From positions 62,001 to 126,000 of the IMG/VR virus record IMGVR_UViG_3300030339_000003: 64,000 nucleotides of DNA; one strand, 5' to 3'. Positions 46,815 through 56,783 of the stretch are shown here, one piece after another. Both the position numbers and the translations under genes were made by a program. Numbering within the stretch: position 1 is the stretch's first letter; each line of letters starts with the position of its first letter. Below the pieces are notes generated by a model. The model was not told the DNA's origin, did no database searches, and was given only the letters and a program-made list of their open reading frames with translations.

Positions 46815-48821
46815 TTAGTGGGCGGCACCAGACCAATAACAGGCTAGTGGGTTAGGTTGACGTTCTTTAATCAAGAAAGATTTAAAGTTATTTAAAATGA
46901 TTTGTTGATGATCGTAAATCATTTCAGTACCAAAGTCACGATGGTAAATGGTGTTCTGGAACGAAGTGAAATAACGAGGAGCGTCACCGTTAACCAAAGC
47001 ATAGTTTCCTTTATTAGGATTCTTCGCCATAACCGCGTGCAACAATATTTCACAATGGAGAATGTTAATACCCTTGAACTTATGGTTTAGCATTTCCCAC
47101 ATTTCTACCAGGACTTCACCAAAGCGTTCTGGAGTAACTGGAGTATCTTTCCACTGCTGGTTACGTTTAGACCAGGAGATAAATGATTCAACTTCACGGC
47201 GATAAATATCCATGTCTTCATGTGTATACGGTAAAGTAAACAATGGAGACGTTGGTGGCCACTCGGATAAATCAACAGAGATAAATTTCTTATCTACAGC
47301 TTCCCAACCATTGTCAAAGATGAACTCTAACAGATCTTTAGACATACGTGCAGCACGCGAAGGAATGGCAGTTTTGACTGAACGCTGGAAGACTGACTTG
47401 TTACCGATCATAATGTCTTCGATCAAACAACTTAATGTTGCTTCTTCGAAATACGATAACTTGTCAATTGTTACATCATCCAGACTATCCAGGGAACGAA
47501 TGTCAGTAAGTTCTTTAATTACAGCAGAACTCACAATCAATTTAGTTCCTTCGACGCACAGTTCTTTATTCAAGAATATGTCATCGCCATTCGTATTGAT
47601 TGCATCGCGGTCTTGCAAACGAACAGAGAACGGAGTCGCCACAGTATTACGCAAGATATGTTTAATAGATAACATACCCTGACCGATTGGACGACAAACG
47701 GCTGTACCGGAATAGATACCGATGTTACCGTCCATTTGCATCATCACGTTAAATGGAAACGCCGATTTTAATTGCCCAGCACACACACCACAAGGAATTG
47801 CGGGGTCATGTGATTTACAATAGGGAATCGAACGAATGTATAACGTGTCACCCACTTTAACTGATTTACTGAACGTTGGGGTGATCAGATGCTGAACACC
47901 TTCTTTGTCTACGTGATACTTGCCAAAACAAGCATGCAGGAACTCACGAGACGCGATCTTGATAGGAACCGGAAGATTACTATCACAATCTAAGAAATGA
48001 TCAAACCCACGCACTACAGCCGCATACAGATGGTTTTTACGGTGGAACCATTCGGCACCCTGCAATGCTTTACCTGAGGTAACCAATGCTTTGGAGGCAC
48101 TGTTACGTTCAGCTAAAGAATCCGCCAGGTTAACGATACCTTCCGCATAACCATTCATGATACCATTTGGGAAGATTGAGTTATTAATGTCAAATACAGC
48201 ACCACGACAAATGATGGTTTGATACGCTTGGTTATAAGACGTACCGCCTGTACGACAAAGTAATGCTAATTTTGCATTATCTAAATCGACATCCGTTGCC
48301 ATAACTTCAATGAACTCAGTTTCCCCTTCATCGATCGTAATAACTAAACGCATTACACGATCTTTGATATCTTTGATCTTTGGGTGGTCCATGATCTCGA
48401 TAACATCATCCATTGTTACTGAGATAGCATAACGTTCAGTCATTGCTGTCAACAGGTTGTTCATCTTAGCATGCCAAAGATGAATTAACATTTTGATGTT
48501 ATCGGTTTCTACTGGATCTTTCATATCGTGCATGACGATCGGCAAAAACACATTAATAGGTTTAGTTAATAATGTGTCGTTACTGACGACCAAGTTCTGG
48601 TTTGGAATCCATGCACTAATGACTTCATTAACTGAATATTTAAAGTCGTTATAAAGACGATGAATAGACAGACCTAAATGCGTCAACATTAAAGATTGTG
48701 TGTCGCTGATAACTGTCTTGCCGTGATCATCAGTAACTTCCACTGCTTTAAAGTATCCAATCCAACGCAACACCATTGATTCCGGCGTATTAGCAAATTC
48801 ACGCAAATTAACTTTAATCAT
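46815..48821 (-). CDS. Non-virion RNA polymerase beta' subunit, C-terminal part (phiKZ gp74-like)
   Basis: 668 aa; SKALVTSGKALQGAEWFHRK bridge-helix-like segment, HFLDCDS, Zn site CKSHDPAIPCGVCAG, and GQGMLSIKH. Confidence 0.85.
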   Translation of the reverse strand: MIKVNLREFANTPESMVLRWIGYFKAVEVTDDHGKTVISDTQSLMLTHLGLSIHRLYNDFKYSVNEVISAWIPNQNLVVSNDTLLTKPINVFLPIVMHDMKDPVETDNIKMLIHLWHAKMNNLLTAMTERYAISVTMDDVIEIMDHPKIKDIKDRVMRLVITIDEGETEFIEVMATDVDLDNAKLALLCRTGGTSYNQAYQTIICRGAVFDINNSIFPNGIMNGYAEGIVNLADSLAERNSASKALVTSGKALQGAEWFHRKNHLYAAVVRGFDHFLDCDSNLPVPIKIASREFLHACFGKYHVDKEGVQHLITPTFSKSVKVGDTLYIRSIPYCKSHDPAIPCGVCAGQLKSAFPFNVMMQMDGNIGIYSGTAVCRPIGQGMLSIKHILRNTVATPFSVRLQDRDAINTNGDDIFLNKELCVEGTKLIVSSAVIKELTDIRSLDSLDDVTIDKLSYFEEATLSCLIEDIMIGNKSVFQRSVKTAIPSRAARMSKDLLEFIFDNGWEAVDKKFISVDLSEWPPTSPLFTLPYTHEDMDIYRREVESFISWSKRNQQWKDTPVTPERFGEVLVEMWEMLNHKFKGINILHCEILLHAVMAKNPNKGNYALVNGDAPRYFTSFQNTIYHRDFGTEMIYDHQQIILNNFKSFLIKERQPNPLACYWSGAAH

Positions 48822-50920
48822 TATGAAGGATCTCGATCGTCTGGACGTTCATGTCGCAGTATATAACCAGAATCAGAAAGCATGTCTGCACCCATAATCA
48901 AAGCACGGTTTGTTTTGATCTCATCATCATTAACGATTACATCAATATCAAATGGATCTTCCGCAGCAATTAAACGACGCACTACGTTATTACGAACGAT
49001 CTCACTATTCGCAATAGCCAATTGTTTAATTGTTTCACGTGGACCTTTTTGAGCCACCATCCAACGTGACTCCGCTTCACCTTGGTTACGACTACCTTTG
49101 TTAATATACGCTTCCGTATATTTGTCAGCTTGACTATTAGAAGTCGGCAGACCAAAGGCGTTGGCTTTAGGGAATGCTTGTGAACTGTCATCAGTACCAA
49201 ACTTATCCAACAACAGATAATCCATTGTTGTAATTAGAATTGGATAATGAGATTCGCCTTCATGGCCGAATGAGTCACGGAACATAACCTTCTGCAGTTG
49301 ATAGTCAAACTTCTTACGCAGTTCACGAACAACGTTAACACCGTACAATTCTGAGTCAGAACGCACTTGAGCAGAAATAATATCTTTACACACGTAATCG
49401 ATATGCTCTGCTTTATCTAGGTCAGTCAAGAATTCACTTTTAACAATCTCAGCAAATTCTGGGAAACCAGAAGTATAGAAAGACATAACCAAATCCCAGG
49501 CAGCTTTATAATTACCTTGTTTCCGGAAGTCTTTCAGTTCTTGGTGGATCTGCATGTTGATAAAGTTAATCGTCGATGTATTCAGCATTGACATAATCTG
49601 ACGACGGAATGCCGGCGTGTTGTTGATAATGATATCGCAGTGTTCACCATTAGCGTAACGCGGAGCATCTTGCCAAGGAATGACTTTAACCGCAACACCT
49701 TTGTCCCCATCCAGACCCGCTAATTTAAACTTAACGCGCCCGACAACTTCTTCTTTCAGCAAGATCTTAACTTTCCAATCTTTCTGACGAATGCCTTTGA
49801 ACGAATAAGACAATTGGTTTAACGTATTGTTACGACGGCTGAAACAACCGTAAGCATTACGAATAAAGCGATCGAGTTCATAAGACATTTCTGGTTCAAT
49901 ACCACCGTTCTTGGTGATCTGACGTTCCCACCAGTTAATGATATCCAGATAGAAATTGTTCTGAACATTTTCATGTTCTTTCAGTGCATCGGTGTGTTGT
50001 TGACGAATTTGATCAGTAGAACGATTGTGGCTACGATCTTTCAGCTTTTCGCCTTCAACTTTAACATCCATCAAAATAGATGATGGTGGTGCACGGAATA
50101 GCTTGTCAAATGCATAGTCAGGTTGCATCAAACCTTTCTTGGTTAAAGACACCAAAGGATTGGACGCTGTACGACGCCGGAAGCCCATAACAATACCATC
50201 ACTACGGATACGTTCACCAGGTTGTGCAAACGGCTGAGGATCGTCTATGGTTCCATATAAGTTCAATGGGATCCATTCTGATTCATTCCACTCAAACCCA
50301 CGATCGTGTTTGAACATGCACATCATCTTTTCACGTGCATAACGGTCGGTGATGACAATACCATCTTCTTCGGTAGCATGAGATGACATCGCGCAAACAA
50401 TCGTACGAGTAGAGAACATCCACTCACCAGACGGACTGATACGCGGGGTCTTGGCAAATACTTCACCTTTAGAAAACGTTGCGGTAGGACTCAAACGACG
50501 AATCATATCGCGGTCATAAACGTATTCAAACCCGACGTAAGTATTTTGTGCGTTGAAACGTGGTAACACTAATAAATCCAGATAGTTCTTATCTTCGTTT
50601 TTGAATGCTACAAAGATTTCTTTCCAGCCATCTGACAATATGCCATCGCCTTTGCTAGACTTTACGTTGAATACTTCTTCAACGGTCATGTCAGAAGGAC
50701 ACACTACAGAACGAGCAACATCACCATATTGCTTTTCAAAACCACTTGTCAACATACGAGTGGACGAACCGTTAGTGACAACGGATTTACCGACCATGTT
50801 ACCTTCCATATATAAACGTGAAGCCGAGTCCATATATGGGAAGACGTTTAAATTCGTATTTACCCCAACAGTGTCTGGATAACACTGGTTTATTTTAATT
50901 TTGCCTGTAAGTTTCTTCAT
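48821..50920 (-). CDS. Non-virion RNA polymerase beta subunit, C-terminal part (phiKZ gp71-73-like, uninterrupted)
   Basis: 699 aa; EEDGIVI, KFKLAGLDGDKGVAVKV (catalytic K/GDKG region), and SRNQGEAE. Confidence 0.88.
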   Translation of the reverse strand: MKKLTGKIKINQCYPDTVGVNTNLNVFPYMDSASRLYMEGNMVGKSVVTNGSSTRMLTSGFEKQYGDVARSVVCPSDMTVEEVFNVKSSKGDGILSDGWKEIFVAFKNEDKNYLDLLVLPRFNAQNTYVGFEYVYDRDMIRRLSPTATFSKGEVFAKTPRISPSGEWMFSTRTIVCAMSSHATEEDGIVITDRYAREKMMCMFKHDRGFEWNESEWIPLNLYGTIDDPQPFAQPGERIRSDGIVMGFRRRTASNPLVSLTKKGLMQPDYAFDKLFRAPPSSILMDVKVEGEKLKDRSHNRSTDQIRQQHTDALKEHENVQNNFYLDIINWWERQITKNGGIEPEMSYELDRFIRNAYGCFSRRNNTLNQLSYSFKGIRQKDWKVKILLKEEVVGRVKFKLAGLDGDKGVAVKVIPWQDAPRYANGEHCDIIINNTPAFRRQIMSMLNTSTINFINMQIHQELKDFRKQGNYKAAWDLVMSFYTSGFPEFAEIVKSEFLTDLDKAEHIDYVCKDIISAQVRSDSELYGVNVVRELRKKFDYQLQKVMFRDSFGHEGESHYPILITTMDYLLLDKFGTDDSSQAFPKANAFGLPTSNSQADKYTEAYINKGSRNQGEAESRWMVAQKGPRETIKQLAIANSEIVRNNVVRRLIAAEDPFDIDVIVNDDEIKTNRALIMGADMLSDSGYILRHERPDDRDPS

Positions 50921-50980
50921 TAGTCTACCTTTATTCGAAACATTATTTGTTAGTAATCAGCAATCCCGCCTCTTACATCT

Positions 50981-50998
50981 AAATAATATAGGTCTGAA
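50981..50998 (-). promoter_or_regulatory. Putative early promoter TTCAGACCTATATTATTT
   Basis: Variant of the 4206/55903 motif upstream of the nvRNAP beta-C/beta'-C operon. Confidence 0.55.
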
Positions 50999-51017
50999 TT
51001 TATCTTAGGGAATACTT

Positions 51018-51347
51018 ATGCCAATCGCTTCTATCAGTTCGATACAATCTAACGATGCTTATTACACGGAAGACTTTAAAACATTAGTGCGCTCCAATAA
51101 AGAAAACATTATAGCTAATTCTTTTAAAGTGCCTATCGCCATTGCCGAATTTAAGTATGCCTTTAAAACTTCACAGTACCAGTTCCTACGTACTCAAAAC
51201 GTAGACCCTAAATATTGGTGGGTGTGTTCTTATATCAATGGTTGGGATAAGCCTACTTTTGACATTCAACGTATTGACGGATGGTTAAGACCAAACGAAG
51301 ATTACATTGATAACATGTTAGCACGTAATAATACCGAACGTAGTTAA
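51018..51347 (+). CDS. Small protein with a LysM/T4 gp53-like signature, divergent inside the nvRNAP block
   Basis: YQFLRTQNVDPKYWWVCSYINGWDKP resembles the W(W/V)xIxxxNxIxxP pattern. Confidence 0.45.
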   Translation: MPIASISSIQSNDAYYTEDFKTLVRSNKENIIANSFKVPIAIAEFKYAFKTSQYQFLRTQNVDPKYWWVCSYINGWDKPTFDIQRIDGWLRPNEDYIDNMLARNNTERS

Positions 51348-51363
51348 ATAAAAAAAGATATAC

Positions 51364-51395
51364 TATTACTCCTACCCGTGAGGGTAGGAGTAATA
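51364..51395. terminator. Bidirectional hairpin between convergent genes
   Basis: TATTACTCCTACCC-GTGA-GGGTAGGAGTAATA. Confidence 0.85.
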
Positions 51396-51416
51396 TGGTT
51401 ATTTAATAATTGTTGC

Positions 51417-52841
51417 TTACCAGAAAGGCTGGATTGGCTCACCGGCTGTCAATGGAGACGGCAGTGGTTGTGACTGTTGTTGATAACCATACATCGGTTG
51501 TTGTGGTTGTTGGTAACCATAGACTGGTTGCTGCTGGCCATAGTTAACGTAACCACCCATAGGCTGCTGCATTTGTTGCATGCCACCTTGACGCTGAATG
51601 AAAGTACCCATACGAGTACAAACATAAATTGCCGGTTGGTTCATCGCATCTACAATAAAGTGCAGAACGCGCTGTTGGGTTTGGTCGACTTCTGAACGCT
51701 GGTAACGATCACCATTGGTCATCTGCGGGATAGTGAAGTCGTAATCGATACCATTGATATTACGAACATCACGCGCTTGGTTTGCAGTTGCAGCTTGAGT
51801 GTTATTACCCATATTGGTAACGTTAGCTACCATTTGTGACGGCTGAGTTGTTGTTGCACCAGAAATAGACAACAGTGATGACATACCAGAATTAATTGCC
51901 GCAGCAGATTCTTCAGGTTCGTTATACACATTGTGACTATTGTAATCGAGTTCTGGTACTTGACGATAGAACTCAGGCGCTTCTTCCATCATTTCATGCC
52001 AGCTGAGATCAATGGCAAATACAGATTGCTTATCGAAATCAGCACGGAACATGTTCTGCGCGTAGTTGATCTGTTCAGCCAGGTCTACATAGCAAGACAT
52101 GAATGCGGTGAAACGAGCAGCTACTGGAATAACAGATTCGTATTCGGCAGTACGCAGTGTTTCGTCATCGAACAAAATAACGTCAAACAAATGAATCGCA
52201 ATGCTCAAACCTTCCATTGAAATCGGAATGTTGTTCACTTCGATTTGTTTGGTAGCCGCTTCGCCTTCGTAACGTGTGCGCGCACGAACCATTGCATCAT
52301 AGAACGGATATGATGGTTTGGCTTTGTAGTACACGCGCTGGGCGTGAGCTTTAGCAGTCTTGCCGCCTTTGGTTGTTTTGATGTGAATAAAACGGTTGTC
52401 AACGTTGTCTTCGATTTCAACAGACATTTTGGCAAACAGATTAAACACTTCGTCACGCACTGAACGTTTCACTTTCTTCAGCGGATAAACCACATCGCGT
52501 ACTTTTTGGTTCCAAGATTTCTTTGGTTCCTTAGTGGCGATATCAAACAACGGAACAATCATGTCACGGAACAGCGACAGCAGACGGATAGAAACCAGGC
52601 GACGAACCAATTTAAATACTTCGGTTTCTTTAGAAAGAATGTTTTCGCACAGTGGGTGGAAATACACTTTCTTGTCACTATCTTTGTTCAGCGCTTCGGA
52701 CGTAGGCAAATACAAATCTTTGCCATCGATACGCAGAGGATAATCAGTACCCGCCAAATTTAAAGACATACGGAAGTCTTTATCAATCTTACCATTCCAG
52801 GATTTGTGGATGGCTTCGTATAAACGATTTAGTTCATTCAT
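51417..52841 (-). CDS. Conserved core protein (phiKZ gp70-like) with a Q/Y/G/P-rich low-complexity tail
   Basis: 474 aa; C-terminus GGMQQMQQPMGGYVNYGQQQPVYGYQQPQQPMYGYQQQSQP; synteny. Confidence 0.6.
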   Translation of the reverse strand: MNELNRLYEAIHKSWNGKIDKDFRMSLNLAGTDYPLRIDGKDLYLPTSEALNKDSDKKVYFHPLCENILSKETEVFKLVRRLVSIRLLSLFRDMIVPLFDIATKEPKKSWNQKVRDVVYPLKKVKRSVRDEVFNLFAKMSVEIEDNVDNRFIHIKTTKGGKTAKAHAQRVYYKAKPSYPFYDAMVRARTRYEGEAATKQIEVNNIPISMEGLSIAIHLFDVILFDDETLRTAEYESVIPVAARFTAFMSCYVDLAEQINYAQNMFRADFDKQSVFAIDLSWHEMMEEAPEFYRQVPELDYNSHNVYNEPEESAAAINSGMSSLLSISGATTTQPSQMVANVTNMGNNTQAATANQARDVRNINGIDYDFTIPQMTNGDRYQRSEVDQTQQRVLHFIVDAMNQPAIYVCTRMGTFIQRQGGMQQMQQPMGGYVNYGQQQPVYGYQQPQQPMYGYQQQSQPLPSPLTAGEPIQPFW

Positions 52842-52854
52842 TTCTTTTTATTCC

Positions 52855-54279
52855 TTAACTAACGAAAAATTCTTGCAAATTGGACACGTAGCTTTCAGCC
52901 ATTGATTTCTGGTTTTCAGAAGAAGCAATGTTGGAACTGGTACGGTTGATGGTATAACTTGGGAACACCCAATTCATTTCAGTGGATGGATCGTTGTTAT
53001 ACGTCATCGAGATAACGATTTCTGACAGGATACTACATTTGACTTTCACGCCAATCAATGTTGCAGCACCCCATTGACGCGCAGCATATTTCTGGAAGAA
53101 GCTTTGTTCCAGATAATCTTTAAAACGTTCTGCACGAGCATTGACTGCGTTATCGTTATCCAAAATAGATTGTGGAATGCCTGGTTTAAAATAGATACCG
53201 CCGTTAACATTTAAATGGTTAACTGCATTGGACGCAACAAAGTCCAACCCCATTAAGCCGCAGTCGATTAACGCATGCATAGTAATGAATGCAAGTTCGT
53301 TAGCCGTTGTTTCGTTTTGGTTAGCCGTGCCCAACTCGTTAGACATCATACGATGGTCAACAGCTGCAACCGCAGTAGCTACACGCTTGTTACCAATGAC
53401 AACATTATCGAAGCCAGAGAATACGGAACGCAATTCACCAAAGCTAAATCCAACAAAACCATTCCAAGTCGCCATGCCCAGTGCTGATGACATCATCGCT
53501 AAGAATGGATGCTCGTACACTTCCATATCAGAGATGCCATTCATAGACAATGCCATGTTTTCGCTCAACACGTTATTGCTGACTTGGTTACTTGATACGG
53601 ATGCCGCATGACGAATAACAGTTTGTGCGTGTGCAACTGGGTTCAGGTTTTGTGCTTTAGAAACAACAACACCCTGGGAATTCAGATCGCTTGAACTCGA
53701 CCCCATGTACTCACGTTCAGGAGTTGATTCTTGCATTTCTTGGAAACCAATACCGTGGTTAACGATATCAACCGGACGAATACTTTTAAGTTCCCGCGTT
53801 AAGGTTGGAGACGCTAACAGGAACTGGGAGTTTTCAGTGATTGCACGTTTGTTCAATGACAGTCCATTGATTCCCACGGCACTACTGGTTTCGCTAGTCC
53901 AACTACGCACCGGTTGAAAAATAACTTCATCTGGTACTTGGCCCAACATGACATCACCACCGCCAGTCAAATAACCCAATACTGACATTTTGGTTTCAGT
54001 CAAATTGTTTTCGATAACCGTGAGTTTCATGATACACAAACCACGACGAAGACTCCAACCGTCTTCCATATCAACTAAACCACCATGCTGCGCAGTAAGA
54101 CCACCAGCAGCCGCACCCAAACGAGCAATGGTAGAACCCTGAATGCCACCATTGTAACGTTCGTTGTATGCCTGATCAACGATAGAAGGATCCATATCGA
54201 TTCGGTTAGTACGATGGAACTGGTCGTGCAAGTTGTTACCGATTCCATAAAGAACTTGGTCTAAGCGCATCTCTGCCAT
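52855..54279 (-). CDS. picA: Probable phage-nucleus protein importer PicA/Imp1 (phiKZ gp69-like)
   Basis: Position directly after the gp68-like gene and before the gp70-like gene; assigned by synteny only. Confidence 0.55.
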   Translation of the reverse strand: MAEMRLDQVLYGIGNNLHDQFHRTNRIDMDPSIVDQAYNERYNGGIQGSTIARLGAAAGGLTAQHGGLVDMEDGWSLRRGLCIMKLTVIENNLTETKMSVLGYLTGGGDVMLGQVPDEVIFQPVRSWTSETSSAVGINGLSLNKRAITENSQFLLASPTLTRELKSIRPVDIVNHGIGFQEMQESTPEREYMGSSSSDLNSQGVVVSKAQNLNPVAHAQTVIRHAASVSSNQVSNNVLSENMALSMNGISDMEVYEHPFLAMMSSALGMATWNGFVGFSFGELRSVFSGFDNVVIGNKRVATAVAAVDHRMMSNELGTANQNETTANELAFITMHALIDCGLMGLDFVASNAVNHLNVNGGIYFKPGIPQSILDNDNAVNARAERFKDYLEQSFFQKYAARQWGAATLIGVKVKCSILSEIVISMTYNNDPSTEMNWVFPSYTINRTSSNIASSENQKSMAESYVSNLQEFFVS

Positions 54280-54303
54280 TTTGTTTTGCCCTTTTGCTTT
54301 GTA

Positions 54304-55866
54304 TTATTGGTTAATTTCTTGAACTAAACGAATCAGTTCATTTTTGATTTCTACTTCGATATCGATCGGGAACAGTTGTCCTTTTTTCACTTCACGATAG
54401 ATATCCGGTTCGTCGAGTACGCCATATTCCAGATTACTTATCCAGTTATGGGATTCGAGTTCTTCCAACAACTCTTTAACGAACAACACTGCTTCGTTAA
54501 ATGAACCTCCTTCATTGTTTTTCGCCTGCACGTCACACAACTCAGAAAGTATTACTCGATCTTCAGATGTTAATTGTAAGAACGAGTTACCCGATGTTTG
54601 ATCTTTAGTACGATCAATTTGGGCACAACACAACGCTGGCAAATAAGTATAACCGCGTTCTGTTAACAGCACCTGTGCTAACGCAATAGCTGGAGTCAGC
54701 TGATTATAGTCACAGTAATCGTATAAACGTTCGGGCACTTCATATGCAAAAGCTAATTGCATAATGGTGATCATTGGCTTGGTTAATTGGAAATCCCAAA
54801 CCTGAGGAAAACGATCGTAAACGTTATTTACCAATTCCTCATTTTTAATACCCAAACCAACACATTGATGTTTGAAACGATCTTTATAGCGCAGCTGGCC
54901 TTTTTCATCACGCAAACCAAAGCTAAAGTATTCCGCTGTTTGTGTAATCACAACCATTGGAGTTTCTTCTGTGATTTGGTGTTCATCCAGGTACGATGTA
55001 TTATCTTCATCATCACCGAATGATTTCTTTTCACGATAACCACCCACATTGTTTTCGTACTGCTTAACCTCTGACGAAATGTGGTTGATGATTGATTTAC
55101 CTGCCGGATCTGTTTCCGGAATGATTGCTACCGATAAACGATTAAACAAGATACGATACAAAATCATAATCATTGTGTATTCGCTGTTATCGATATCAAT
55201 GTTAGCGGTGTGGTTAGATGGTTTCTGGAAGCTATGGTTTACATAACCTACCAAACGTTTCCAGCCATACGTTTCAGTAATCATTGCGATCTTGTGAATT
55301 GACTTGCCACAAATCAATTCCGCATAGTTAGAGCCAGTCATTGGTGTTAAACGTGCCAACAGACCATAGAACACTGGGAACAACATGCGAGATAAGAAAG
55401 TCATTTTGACTAACTCAATATAGTCATTAACCAGGAACGTTGTTTCTTCTGGATAATAACCATGGTCTTTTGTTTTCTTAAGATCTTTTGGTATGACCAT
55501 GAACTTGGTGGAATACGCAAAGAAATTAAACAAATTGTTTGGTTTGATGATTTCGAGAATAGAATAAAGCAATGGCTCGATCAAAGACATTTCTTTTTCA
55601 TAGTTGATGAAATCATTATTTTCAATGATATCAGCAGCTGTCTGATAAAGATGGAACAACTGAGTATGTTGTTTTTCGTCCAACGCCATGTTCAAATATT
55701 CATTCAAAGGATGGAACAGATTGACTTCTTCATCTGTTTCTTCTTTCTTTGGGTTGTTTAACTTAAGTGTTCCTTCACCGATGAACTCCACTACATCATC
55801 ACCATTCCTAACAATGATTTTGTTGAAATTCTTTTTGGAATTACGCTTAATGGATATGTTAATCAC
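54304..55866 (-). CDS. Non-virion RNAP promoter-specificity (sigma-like) subunit (phiKZ gp68-like)
   Basis: GTG start at 55866 with AAGGAA RBS gives 520 aa; the track's TTG at 55920 lies inside the promoter; synteny. Confidence 0.7.
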   Translation of the reverse strand: MINISIKRNSKKNFNKIIVRNGDDVVEFIGEGTLKLNNPKKEETDEEVNLFHPLNEYLNMALDEKQHTQLFHLYQTAADIIENNDFINYEKEMSLIEPLLYSILEIIKPNNLFNFFAYSTKFMVIPKDLKKTKDHGYYPEETTFLVNDYIELVKMTFLSRMLFPVFYGLLARLTPMTGSNYAELICGKSIHKIAMITETYGWKRLVGYVNHSFQKPSNHTANIDIDNSEYTMIMILYRILFNRLSVAIIPETDPAGKSIINHISSEVKQYENNVGGYREKKSFGDDEDNTSYLDEHQITEETPMVVITQTAEYFSFGLRDEKGQLRYKDRFKHQCVGLGIKNEELVNNVYDRFPQVWDFQLTKPMITIMQLAFAYEVPERLYDYCDYNQLTPAIALAQVLLTERGYTYLPALCCAQIDRTKDQTSGNSFLQLTSEDRVILSELCDVQAKNNEGGSFNEAVLFVKELLEELESHNWISNLEYGVLDEPDIYREVKKGQLFPIDIEVEIKNELIRLVQEINQ

Positions 55867-55902
55867 ATTAGTTCCTTTAATTATAGTGGGAATTATACAC
55901 TC

Positions 55903-55921
55903 AGATAATATAGGCTTCAAA
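55903..55921 (-). promoter_or_regulatory. Putative early promoter TTTGAAGCCTATATTATCT
   Basis: Identical to 4206-4224. Confidence 0.65.
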
Positions 55922-55929
55922 ATTAATAG

Positions 55930-55953
55930 CTAGGTAGGGTTTCCCCTACCTAG
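55930..55953 (-). terminator. Hairpin terminator
   Basis: 10-bp stem CTAGGTAGGG / CCCTACCTAG; GAAA loop on the minus strand. Confidence 0.8.
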
Positions 55954-55971
55954 TTGTATTAGGGTTATTGT

Positions 55972-56709
55972 TTACCAATCGATTTCGTCGAATGCTTCTT
56001 CAACTGGTTTGCTTGCGCCATTACCAGCATTTGCTGCGCCGCCGTTATTACGTGGCTGCCATTGTTGACCACCACCTGCGCCGCCTTGACCACCAGCACC
56101 ACCAGCATTAGTTACACGCGGTGTCCATGCAGCACGTTCCATATCGTTAAGCAGTGATTCGTGGAAGTTACACCAGGTGCGGGCAGAAGCACGAGAAGGC
56201 AGACCGGCGTCATCTTTGATTTCACCAGTAACTGTTTTGATTTTCCAGGATGCGCAGTTCTTCAGACGGAACAGAACTTTAAAGCGGAAGTCAGCTTTAA
56301 CGTATTCCAGCGATACACGACCATCGGGTTCACGACTAACAATCAGGTTACACATGTTGATTGGATCGTCGGTCAGTTTGTTACCTGTCGCGGTACGCAT
56401 CCAGCCACGTTGGTTAATTGGAATATTAACTGATGCGAATGAACATTTTTCATCGGATGCCTGACGAACTGCTTCGAACAATGTACCGCGTTCGTTATAG
56501 TCCAGTTCCACTTCACGCGTGGTTTTCTTTTGATCACTCCACACGTTATCATAAACGCGCAGAACAATACGGCCATTTGCTTTCTGTTCGAAACGCAGGG
56601 CACCGTTGTGTTTTGCACCTTGTACGGGTTGTTCGGTTTCTGGGTGCGGTTGCATGTAATCGTTTAAGATTGTTTTAGCGCGCGGTGTACCCTTTTGATA
56701 TTCAGCCAT
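55972..56709 (-). CDS. chmC: Probable nucleus-associated nucleic-acid-binding protein ChmC-like (phiKZ gp67-like)
   Basis: 245 aa; basic beta-rich core, G/N/Q-rich disordered tail, acidic-aromatic end EEAFDEIDW; strong codon bias; immediately upstream of the gp68-like gene. Confidence 0.55.
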   Translation of the reverse strand: MAEYQKGTPRAKTILNDYMQPHPETEQPVQGAKHNGALRFEQKANGRIVLRVYDNVWSDQKKTTREVELDYNERGTLFEAVRQASDEKCSFASVNIPINQRGWMRTATGNKLTDDPINMCNLIVSREPDGRVSLEYVKADFRFKVLFRLKNCASWKIKTVTGEIKDDAGLPSRASARTWCNFHESLLNDMERAAWTPRVTNAGGAGGQGGAGGGQQWQPRNNGGAANAGNGASKPVEEAFDEIDW

Positions 56710-56783
56710 TTCGATGTTGCTCCGTAATTTGAGATTTTTTAAATTTGAGTTAGATTAGTCTACAATATAAAGGTAACGCAGTT

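Noticed and set aside
55867-55920. N-terminal extensions given by the ORF track (also 7297, 25001, 26123, 33113, 38603, 43104, 43444, 44236, 44666, 63083)
   Set aside because: These upstream starts overlap promoters or neighbouring genes; downstream starts have better RBS or stop/start coupling.
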